64,000 nt of DNA from Azolla caroliniana (lineage: Eukaryota > Plantae > Polypodiophyta), in the NCBI GenBank assembly GCA_043228905.1, contig JBHGNT010000002.1, forward strand, positions 21,204,001-21,268,000, read 5' to 3'. Below, one piece after another: positions 1 through 10,995 of the stretch (its first letter is position 1; each line of letters opens with the position of its first letter). Below the pieces are notes generated by a model that was given only the letters and a program-made list of their open reading frames with translations, was not told where the DNA came from and did no database searches. The translations under genes were made by a program, and so were the position numbers.

Positions 1-2723
1 AGCTGGCAAAAGATGAAGGAAGTTGCAAGAGATCCAAGCTTAAGGAATCCAAAGACAATAGGTCACGTCTTCATTGAAGAGATGAAAGGAAAGGTACAAG
101 TTGGAAGGGAGGATTTCCTCCCCCTTGAAGAGGAGCGAATGTTCTGCAGAATGCTTGAAAGAATTTGGAATGATGGAATCGGTCTGAGTGTGGATGAATT
201 TGCCAAGGCGTTTGCGTGCCGGTCCATCTACTCCATTGCTGATCTCTACTCTGGATATGATCAATTCCAGTTGGCGATCAGCAGTCGTGACATTACAACC
301 ATGAGGACTCCGATCGGGCTTGTGCGGATGTGTACCTTACCTCAAGGTGCAATGAACTTGGTGGCTCATATGGTGAATGCCATGAACAAGGTCTTGAAGG
401 ATTGCATCCCAAGCATCACGATGCCATTCTTGGATGACAATCCGAGAAAAGGATGTTTGGATGAGGAGAAGGATGAATCGAAAGATAAGGATGGATGCAG
501 AAAGTTCGTCATGGATCATATGAAAGATTGCGAGAAGGTGCTTCAAATGCTCAAAGATGCGAATTTGACATTTTCGGAAGAAAAAATCTCATTCGGGAAA
601 CTAGAGATCTTGGTGGTTGGTCACTTGTGTGGAGCATACAGTCAGAAGGCTTCACCATCCAAGGTGAATGCGATCCAAGACATGAAAGAAGAATGAGTAA
701 CCCAAACGGAGGTTCAAAGGTTCCTTGGAGCATGTGTGTTTTATCATATTTGGATTCCACACTACGCCCACATTGTTGAGCCATTGTATGGTCTACTAAA
801 GAAGAAGTAGAGGTTCGAATGGATGAGCGAGCATACTTTCTCCGTCTGAAGGCTGAAGAAATTATTGATGGAGGCACCTGCATTATGGAAGGCAGACTAT
901 TCAAACGGCAAGCCCATTTTCGTGACCGTGGATACTAGTCCGACTGGAATTGGATGGGTTGTCAACCAAGAAGACGAAGATTGCAACCGATATGCAATTC
1001 AGTTTTGCGCAAAAGTGTTAAGTGATAGGCAAAGAAGGTATGCCCAAGTGAAGAGGAAGCTATGGGGAATTGTATCGGCAATCAAGTCTGATCGTGACTA
1101 CCTTATTGGAGGAGAAGTCATAATCGAGACAGATTGCCTACCAATCTTGGGTATGATATGTAGTTGTAGTACACTAGATATTGCCATACTACGTTGGATT
1201 GCATATATCAAATCACTCAACCTAGAGATCCTTCATGTAGCTGGGAAGCGTAACGTCATTGCAGACATACTAGCACGAGAAAGATACGACGGAGAAGAAG
1301 ATCGACATTCTAATGAAGAGGATGTTGGCTTGGATTTCTTTACAAGTTCCTATCCTCGGGTGCTGACTACTTTCATAGAAGAGGACTACGAAGGAGAATT
1401 CGTGGAGATCGGGAAATACTTGAGTTCTCTCCAAAAAGATGAATCATGGTTGACAGAAGACTTCCACCAAATTCGGAAGAAGGGGTACAAGTATTTCCTT
1501 AAGGATGGAGCTCTTTGGAGGCATGCAAAACAGAAGAATGGGACCCCAATGAGAGTTGTTTGCAAGCTGGAAGACCGACAAAAACTAATGTCTGAATTTC
1601 ATGACAATGTTTTTGTAGGCCATCGAGGAATATGGGCTACATTCGCGAAGCTTAAGGAGAAATATTGGTGGTCGTGCATCTACAAAGATGTAGCAACTTA
1701 TGTGGAAACATGTAAGGAATGCTAGATGTTTTCAAATGTTCGCCATCGAGATGAACTTCATCTGACTTACCCGTTGGCTATGCATGACAAGTGGATGGTG
1801 GACATCGTAATGATGCCAATGGGGCGATGGCAAATGAAGTATCTTGTGCTCGCGAGAGAGGATCTTACCAATCAAGTTGAAGGGCTAGCATTGAGAATTA
1901 AGAAGACATCATCAGTATGCAGATTCCTTCTTGGAGATGTTATTTGCAGATGTGGATGCGTCAGCAAGATAGTGGTTGATAGAGGCGAGTTGGATGCCAA
2001 TGAAGCTAGAGAATTCTTGTCTAGGGATGGGAATCAAATTATCTCTTACCACGGCGTATAATCTGGAAGCGAATGGGAAAGTGGAATGTGGACATGGACT
2101 GATTGTGAAGGCTCTAGTGAGAGCTTGCCATGGGAAAATAGGAGAATGGCCATGTCTATTGCCATTTGCACTATGGGCTGACAGGACTACTCATCGCACG
2201 GTGATGGGATACATGCTGGAAGATCTTATATTCGGTCAGAAGCCGATAATGCCAGTGGAACAGAGTATTACAGTTTCATGGTTTGCATTGCCATGGCAAG
2301 ATGAGATAAGTAGAGAAGATCTTCTAGCATTGAAGATTCACTAGTTGGAGCGGAAGTTGGAAGATATAGAAGTGGCTAAAGCGTGGCAAAAGAATGCAAG
2401 GCTGAAAAACAAGAAAGACTTCGACAAACGACATTGACTTTGTTCGAGGAAAATCGTTGAAGGAGATTGGGTGCTGGTCTACGACAGTAGCCTAGACAAC
2501 CAACATAGTACGGCTCGAAAATTTTCACAACGATGGTTTGGACCATGTGCTGAAGAAAGTGGAAAATAATGCAACATATCGTTTAGTAGAACTGGATGGT
2601 ACACCACTTGCTTTGCCAATTGCAAGAAACAGAATCAAGATCTTTAAGAGAAGAGAGGCCCCAAATCTTGAAATCAAAGCTCTAAACGATGTAGCCTCGA
2701 CCATCGAGGTTGAAAAAGAGTAA
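1..2723 (+). pseudogene. Ty3/gypsy (non-chromoviral) pol, copy A: RT, RNase H, integrase; degraded
   Basis: ORF fragments show RT (DLYSGYDQ, LPQGA, FLDD), RNase H (VDTSPTGIG, ETDC), zinc-binding GHRG...CKEC and integrase core (AYNLEANGKVE). Broken by stops and frameshifts, with a deletion near 160 relative to the copy at 48913. Confidence 0.93.
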
Positions 2724-2787
2724 TCAAAAGAGGAACCTCACCACAATTGGCACATATTGGTGGATGTGCAGGTTTGGTGGGGGTGAA

Positions 2788-4336
2788 TGTCATGTAGTTC
2801 TTCACACACGATGTCAAAAAATAGTAAATAATTGTTTTAGATTAATTTAAATGTCTTAGTACAAAAAGATGGACGTCTTCAAGATATCCCACATAGATAG
2901 GACAACATCGGATCCAATAGTATATAAGGAGGGTCAGAACATATTTGTTATATCAATGTGTGGAGCATAGAATGTTCAAGGTGATTTGGGCTAGATTGTG
3001 TTGATGAATGGTTAGAACGACGCACGGGCGCATGCACCGTTCGGAAGGATGCGTGGCTCGACAGTTTGTGACGTACGGCTTGGCGTCTGAATCGCGGGAT
3101 GGGTGCACAGTTCAAAAGGACGTGGGCTCGACGGTTCATTACACACGGGCGCATGCACGGTTCGGAAGGACGCGTGGGTCGGCAATTTGTGACGTACGGC
3201 TTGGCGGCTGAAGTGCGGGATGCGTGCATAGTTCAAAAGGACGTGGGCTCGACGGTTCATTACACACGGCTTGGTGTGGCTCAATTGCGGGATGCACGCA
3301 CGGCTCGGTCAGGACAATTGCACGGCTCGAGTCGGTCGGGACGCAAGTACGAATCATGCACGGGCTGAACTTTATGGATGATTGATGCAACTAAAAGTAA
3401 AGGCCATGCAACTAAAAGTAACGGTCATGCAACTAAAAGTGGGCATGCAAAGGAACATCAAAGGCAAAGATCAACAAAGAACCCCATATATATTTTACTC
3501 TCTTCTTTTCTCCATGGGGGTTGCTCCCTTATCTTATCAAAGCCATAACACTCAAAAACCCTAATTTTTTTATCAGGGCCATAAACCGTAATTTTCTTTA
3601 CAGAAGCCCGACGTGGGCTCGACGGTTCATTACACACGGGCGCATGCACGGTTCGGAAGGACACGTGGGTCGGCAATTTGTGACGTACGGCTTGGCGGCT
3701 GAAGTGCGGGATGCGTGCATAGTTCAAAAGGACGTGGGCTCGACGGTTCATTACACACGGCTTGGTGTGGCTCAATTGCGGGATGCACGCACGGCTCGGT
3801 CAGGACAATTGCACGGCTCGAGTCGGTCGGGACGCAAGTACGAATCATGCACGGGCTGAACTTTATGGATGATTGATGCAACTAAAAGTAAAGGCCATGC
3901 AACTAAAAGTAACGGTCATGCAACTAAAAGTGGGCATGCAAAGGAACATCAAAGGCAAAGATCAACAAAGAACCCCATATATATTTTACTCTCTTCTTTT
4001 CTCCATGGGGGTTGCTCCCTTATCTTATCAAAGCCATAACACTCAAAAACCCTAATTTTTTTATCAGGGCCATAAACCGTAATTTTCTTTACAGAAGCCA
4101 TATCTCTCAAAAACCCTAATTTTTCTTTTTTTCTATTAATCTCAGTAAACCTAAAACTTCTGAATCCCAATCTTGGGACATATTGGAATTTTCTTTCCCT
4201 TTGCTAATGAAAAATTACTAAATTTTCTCATTCCCATTAATTGTTAAAAGTATAAACGCACGAATCTAATATCTTCTGTTTGGAGGCCCCGAGGTCTTGC
4301 GTCAAGTTCATGTATCCTCATCATATTTTCACGACA
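2788..4336 (+). mobile_element. 3' LTR of gypsy copy A
   Basis: Purine tract GGTGGGGGTGAA precedes TGTCATG at 2788; ends CACGACA at 4336. Homologous to 16203-17429 and 60947-61718. Confidence 0.88.
3119..4099. repeat. 491-bp near-perfect tandem duplication inside the LTR
   Basis: 3119-3608 recurs at 3610-4099; identical ORFs at 3382 and 3873 (offset 491). Confidence 0.95.
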
Positions 4337-5480
4337 ATGTGTTTACTAACGGCGTAACACTTGAGACGGCTACAACCGAGCTCCTAGTGTGCGTAACCAC
4401 GCAACTTGTATTCACCTTACACACTTACGTTGATACAGTCACACAGAGACAACAGAGAAGAGACAAGAGATAAGAGACAGAACTTAGAGAAGACCAAAAC
4501 TATATTAAACGATTGTGCTTAGTATTGCGCTAGCTCTTTATAATGTTCATATGCCCTTTATATACACAGGGCCTAGTCGGTTACGCTTCCCGCCTAAACC
4601 GTTAAACGCGTTACTTCAACGCTTCTATTATAATTAATACGCTTCTTTATCATGAGTTATTTACGTGTGTCCTCTTACGGCAAACAACACCTAGCACGCC
4701 TGTGGGACAATGCCTTGGCATGTCGGACCCCTCCTCCCTTTACTCGTCTTCCAAAATATCGAGGATATTTGGCGTTCATCGTTACTTGTTGTGATTGGTG
4801 GCACCGTAACGTGGTTAGGCTCGTCGCTTTGTGGCTCAACCGGCGCTTCCGTCTGTAGTCTCTCCGTGGGTGGCTCCGACCGTATCTCTTCTTGTACTGC
4901 TTCCTCTGTAGTGCCTATCGTGCCTGGGACTGTGTCGTTGGGTATGGTCGTCGTAGTCACCTCTGGAGTGCTTGCATGTTTGGTTGGTGTCTCGTTCTGT
5001 TCCGCGGATTCACTATCCTGCGGGATTGTGTCGTTGGGTACGGTCATCGTAGTCACCTCCGGAGTGCCTGCATGTTCGGTCGGGGTCTCATCTTGCTCCG
5101 CGGAGTCACTATCCTATAAGGTGATGGCTTCCGACTTCTCCATCTCTTCCGTCCTTTGATGTTCACTTCGTTGTCGCACAACTAGTGTAACACTTCTTCT
5201 TGACTTTCACTAAAGTCTTCCAATAGTTGTGCCATTTCTTCAGTGTGACGATCGGCCACTGTTTGGTAATCCTGCGTAAGGTCCTCGCGCACCGTAGCGA
5301 TGCTTTCCTCGCTTAGTTTATAAAAACCTTTCCCTTCCTTACGCCAAATTTCCCAGTCTACTCTATAAGTGTGAAGTTCTGCTTCCTACGCCGCCCATGC
5401 GGCCCATCCTTTATCTAATGCGGCTTGTGGCTGGGCCGTAAACTGTTCATGCTTTATTTGGAGGAGGGTGCGTATACGAA
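4337..5480 (-). mobile_element. Fragment of an unclassified LTR-type element: end of a coiled-coil ORF, PPT-like tract, LTR-like region
   Basis: Minus strand reads ...KEGKGFYKLSEESIATVREDLTQDY..., homologous to ORF 15659-16018. Followed by AAAGGGAGGAGGGG near 4730-4742 and TATATAAAAGG near 4555-4565. Confidence 0.5.
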
Positions 5481-5640
5481 CTTTTGTCACGAAAATCCTC
5501 GCCTGCAGGTCGGTCGAACGGGACCACCGGGGGCTTTGACCAAGCAAGATGAATCTGGTGACTTGTGCTTGTAAGGGATCGACCATCGTTTAGGTTTACA
5601 ATCAGGTTGTTCTTGTTGTCAAAGATGCTTGTGTGGGTTG

Positions 5641-5643
<3 letters not shown>

Positions 5644-5685
<42 letters not shown>
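5644..5685. repeat. (GA)n microsatellite
   Basis: About 21 uninterrupted GA units. Confidence 0.97.
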
Positions 5686-5688
<3 letters not shown>

Positions 5689-5989
5689 AGAAAATATTTA
5701 CCGCACCACCAAGATGTCGTGAAGCACGTGACACATGTGCCAAACGTCACGATGTGTGTAGACAAGCACCAGCCTCTATCCGCAAGTGGTGATGGAGGAT
5801 CGAAAGGATCGTTTATGACAATAAAGCAGAACCGTCAGTGTTCTGGACTGGTCATTGTTCTAGACCGGAAGGACTAGTGCAAGCGAGAAAGTATTAAAGA
5901 TAGATGGTAGATAGATAGATACAGACGAGAATTCCAATTCCCAGATTGAACCTTTGACTTAAAAAATGTGAGATAAGACACATTGCCAA

Positions 5990-6526
5990 TGAGACAACTA
6001 TTATTATGCTATTGATTTCATACATTGCTTAATTTCCTTTCCCTTGCTTTCCTTTCCTTTCCTTCTTATATAGATGCCCCCATGCATATGATGCATGTGA
6101 GGGTGTACGACATCCATATAATGCGTGAAATGCATGTGATGCATGATCGCCATTTGGCGCTCATGCATCACATGTGATGCATGATGACCATGTCCCTCAT
6201 TCAAGCTCTCATGTAGGAGCAGTTGCATGTGAAAAGTACAATGAAAAAATTTAAAGAAAACAACCTAGCCTTAATGGTATATGAATTGCCTCCTATCTTG
6301 GAGGTATAAGGTTCAAAACCTTACTTGCACCTCATTGTATGTCATTAAGCCCTAGGCTTATTTTTATATTTTGTGTAATGAACACCTAAACACACATCAC
6401 ACATGCACATTAATGTGCTAACATACATGTGTAACCATCGATTCTTTCATACGTGTGCACATTGCACCTTCTCGATTTTCCTCATTCCACGTGATTTTCA
6501 CACTGTTGCCGAAAATCTTCACGACA
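5990..6526 (-). mobile_element. 3' LTR (partial) of minus-strand gypsy copy B
   Basis: On the minus strand the PPT GGTGGGGGTGGA is followed by TGTCGTG starting at 6526. The far boundary is approximate. Confidence 0.65.
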
Positions 6527-8099
6527 TCCACCCCCACCAAACCGCACGTCCTCTGGTACGTGCCAAGAAATGAGTGAGATTTTGGCTACGATGATTAATC
6601 AATTTCCTCCATGTCCTCATTGAATTCGCTCACGTTTGTGGGTCCCGCCGTACTATCTTCATTGTTGAGGTCATTGAGGTTAGGACCCTCATCTTGTCTT
6701 TTCTTGAATATCTTTACTCTTTTCCCCGCAATGGGTATGGCCAACCTTGATCCATCTAGCTCCACGAGGTGGTAGGTGGTGTTGTCGTTGGCACTCATCA
6801 CCACATACTGTCCGAACCACCTTCTTGCGAACTTCCTTGTTGTCCTATTTTGGTTGTCAAGGTTGTTGTCATAGACCAATACCTAATCTCCTTCTTCGAT
6901 CTTCTTTGGACGCAGTCGGTGTTTCTTATCGAGTCGCATCTTATTCTTCACTCGGGCTGTCTCCATTATCTTTCGCACGTTCTCTAGATCTTCGGGTCTT
7001 GTTTTGAGCTGCCTTATCCATTCCGCCAATAATTCATCCCGGCTAATGTCATTCTCCCATGGTATTGCTACCCATGAGGCGATCATCCTCTCGATGGGCA
7101 TTACTGATTTTTGTCCATACATGAGCTTTGCTGGCATATAGCCTGTCACATGACTGTGTGTAGTTCTATCAGCCCACAATGCATAGGGCAATAATCGTGG
7201 CCAATTCCCAACTCGACCATCGCATGCTCGTATGATGGCTTTGACTATTGGCCCATGCCCTCAATCGATCTTCCCATTTGATTCCGGATTATAGGCAGTT
7301 GTGAGAGAGAGCTTTATGCCTAGTCGCTCGAAGAGCTCCATTGCTTCGTGTGAATCTAACTCCCCTTGGTCGGCCACAAATAGAATAGAATAAATGAACC
7401 TTCCCACAAATAACATCGGGTCATTTGAAACAGGTAATATGTCGCATTCTCTTTTTCATATCTTAGTGAGATGTTAAAAAATGCCTTATTTAAGCAGAAT
7501 TTCAACAAGGCACGACGCATGTGTATGTGGTTTATGAACACATAGCGAAAAAAAGAACTAATTAATATCACGTCAACAAAATCATCCGACGTATATTCTA
7601 TCTACCATGTTTTTGTCCAAATCTTAGACAGGGGTGTATTTGTCAACACAAGTATAATAGTAACACGGGTCCTTGTGCATATTCTAAAAAGCATGCCCCA
7701 TTGAATAAGTGACTTCTTCTAATTATGTGTGTATATTTAAATATAATACATCTTAAAGCAAATTGTGAACCTTGCAATTAAGAGATACTACTATGTCAAG
7801 AGAAAATTTCCATTGACACGTGATACATGACACTGTCAATGTATAAATAAACTAGTCTACAATAACATTCCAATCATACGAGTAAATGATAGAGTATAAA
7901 CTTATCTCCGATATACCCCAAATGATAAAGGAGAGTTTAGATAACATGTACACATACAAGTATACTTAATTTCTAAGTTCAATGATTGTTACACGAAAAT
8001 TATAAGTAAGCTCAACTTATATATTACGTCAAAATTTAACAATTCATATTGTTCAAAATTTACAATAAGCCATAACCATTCAATCGAATAATAAGTCTG

Positions 8100-8550
8100 G
8101 TAAAGCCGTCTACTCAGGATTAGCTCTTTCATCAGGATTGTCCTCATTGGCTTCGTCAGTACGCTAAGTTGAATTGTTAGTATGTTCAGACTCTGAAACG
8201 TCTTCTAATTCAACAAGTTGCCCTGCGTCTTCATCTATAGTTCCACAAGTTTTCTAAAAGTCATCTGGAACATCTAAGTTTTATTGATATGCTTTGCCCC
8301 AACTTCTTGGTCTTGATCAGGACAACCCCAGATACCTTGGATCCTCATTTTGATGACATTAACTTGCTCAAGGTCCTTCTCTAATGCAACAGAGTTCCTG
8401 ATAATCTTTAAGGCGTATGTCTTAGTAGTACATGACAGTAGAATGAAATTGCACAGGTAACATCAAACTGAAGAATAGAATATAACATTAATCTAAAATG
8501 ATGTAAGTTTTATATTATATACCTGTGTCAGAAAACTAATCTAAAACCCA
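8100..8550 (-). pseudogene. C-terminal remnant of the transposon-borne DNA methyltransferase gene
   Basis: Minus strand: LD*FSDT / intron / GTTKTYALKIIRNSVALEKDLEQVNVIKMRIQGIWGCPDQDQEVGAK. Colinear with 58100-58360, including the intron position within motif I. Confidence 0.82.
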
Positions 8551-8591
8551 TTGAAAATTTGAAACAATAAAATTTGAAAAAATAAAAAATC

Positions 8592-10500
8592 TTGGATTTT
8601 TAATTGGAATCCAATGCGATGCACTAGATTTCAGTTGAAAATCCAAGTTTTTTTTTTTTTTGTAATTTTTAAAATATTTTCCATTAAAAAATAAAAAATG
8701 GATTTTCAGCTAAAATACTATGCACTACATTATATTTTAGTATATATAGCTAGAATCTAATGCAATGAGTTGGATTAGAGTCGAAAATCCTTTTTTCTTT
8801 TTTCTTTTTCCAATGTTATTTATTTTCCATATAAAAAAATAATAAACGGCTTTTCAATTGAAATCTGATACACTACATCAGATCGTAGTCTATACAGCTA
8901 GACATTGATGCATTGCATCAGATTTTAGCTGGCAATCCTCTTTCTTTTCAATTGTTTTTCATTTTTTCAAAAAATAAATAAAAATATATTAAAAAAGTGG
9001 ATTTCCAACTGAAATCTAATGCACTACATCGAATTTCAATTAAAAATCCAAATTTCTTTTAGGTTTTTCATAAAACAATGAGATAATAAAAAAATATTAC
9101 ATTTTCAACAAAATCTAAACCATTGAGTCGGATTTCAATTGCATATTAATGTTTTATGAAAAAACATAAGAAAAATATTGGACTTTCAACGAAACTCAGT
9201 GATTTTGAACGGAAATCCGATGCAATGCATCGGATTTTCATTGAAAATCCTGTTGAAAATGATCTGTTTTCAACGGGAATCCGATGCACTACATCGGATT
9301 CCCGTTGAAAACACATCATTTTAAATGGAAAAAATCACAATTTGTTTATTTTTAAAATTTTTTTAGAGAAAAATATAAACAAATAAGAAAATTTTTAAAC
9401 AAACAATAAAAAGTGGACTTTCAATGGAAATCCGATGCAGTGCATCAGATTTCCGTTGAAAATCCATTTTTTTCAATTCCTATATATTTATTTATGATAA
9501 AAACAAAAACAATTCAAAACAAATACAAAAACAAATTCAAAATATCTGAAAAATTGGAAACAAATAAGACAAAATGGATTTTCAATAGAAATCCGATGTA
9601 GTGCATCGGATTTCTGTTGAAAACCCATTTTTTGCAATTTTATTTTATTTATTTATGGGAAAAAATGAGAAAAAATTTAAAAAATACAAAAAAATATTTT
9701 AAAATATGAAAATTTGGTAACAAATAGCAAAAAGTGGACTTTCAATAGAAATCCGATGCAATGCATTGGATTTCCTTTGAAAATTCATTTTCTCAATTTC
9801 TATATAGTTATTTATGAGAAAATAGACAAACAAAATAAAGAAACAAAAAGTGGATTTTCTACGGAAATCCGATGTAGTGCATCGGATTTCCATTGAAAAT
9901 CTATTTTTTCAATATTTATTTATTTTTTATAGAAAAAATTCAAAAAAATTCAAAAAAATTCAAAAAAAAAAAGGAAATTTGGAAAAAAATACGTAAAAGT
10001 GGACTTTCAACCAAAATCCGATGCAGTGCATCGGATTTCCGTTGAAAATCCATTTTTTCAATTTTTATTTATTTTTTTATGGGAAAAATAAAAACAAATT
10101 CAAAAACAATTCAAAAAATAAGAAAATTTTCAAAAAAATAAGAGAAATTGGATTTTCAATTGAATCCGATGCACGGAATTGGATTTCCATTGAAATCTAA
10201 TTTGTCAATTTTTATTTATTTATTTACGAGTAAAATAAAAAATGTTTATTTATTTATTTATGGGAAAATGTTTTATTTTTTCAATTTGTATTTATTTATG
10301 TATTTTCGGGAAATCCATGCAATGTATCATATTTTAGTCTATGTAGCTAGAATTCAATGCAATGCATTAAAATGCAAGAGTATTTTTTTAATGGAAATTT
10401 TTAAAAAATTCCAAGACTTACAGGCATCTGATGCATTATATCCAATTCTAGATGTATAGATTAAAATTCGACATGTTGCATTAAATCTAGATGGAATGAA
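8592..10500. repeat. Array of about 17 long palindromes (consensus GGATTTTCAACGGAAATCCGATGCA-N-TGCATCGGATTTCCGTTGAAAATCC) with A/T-tract spacers
   Basis: Best units near 9200, 9265, 9413, 9574, 9733, 9849 and 9998; degenerate units at both edges; spacing roughly 60-160 bp. Confidence 0.92.
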
Positions 10501-10609
10501 TCAGATTTCTGTACGACATCAAAGGCTTACTATGAGAATCTAAGAAAAATGGAAAACATCTTTAAGACATTTTTTAGATTCTAATGATTTTGGTAGAAAG
10601 CTTCTCTCA

Positions 10610-10995
10610 CATAATCTAATCTTGTAAATGGAAAGTACATAATGAAATATCATAACCAAAAAGTGAGGAGGAAAGATGCATCAAGCACATCTACTCTTAC
10701 ATTGGATAATGTTTATATATTAGTGTATGACTTATCTTTGACCAAAACAAGTTATCTGTGACAGACCACAATGAAGATACTAAAAGAGGATCTGGAATGT
10801 GGCTTCAGACACAACACAAAGACAAAGAAGAAGCATGGCTCATAAACTCGATGAGGTTGGATTGCAATTGGATCAACACAATGCATTAGTTGCCATTGAT
10901 GATGAGGATGAGACCTCATAAACTCATACTAGTTCATCTAATGGGTATGAAGATGATGACATAAACTTGAAAAATGATTGTCCTGATACGTTAAC
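10610..10995 (+). pseudogene. C-terminal remnant of Sola1-like transposase
   Basis: GKYIMK...STSTLTLDNVYILVYDLSLTKTSYL matches GKYSLEM...STSTLTLDNVDILVYDFSLTKTHHL at 20425-20769 (-) and the tail of the 50713-53489 gene. Confidence 0.82.

Noticed and set aside
2948-4170. Short ORFs in LTRs (MMQLKVKAMQLKV etc.; also 16652-17139 and 61151-61700)
   Set aside because: By-products of GC-rich internal LTR repeats; no protein motifs.
6004-6228. His/Met-rich 74-aa ORF resembling a metal-binding peptide
   Set aside because: Arises from CATG/ATGC-rich sequence within an LTR.
8592-10500. CRISPR array or cluster of independent MITEs/miRNA hairpins
   Set aside because: Spacers are low-complexity A/T tracts of variable length, units have no TSDs, and the array occupies the same position as the array in the other subfamily.
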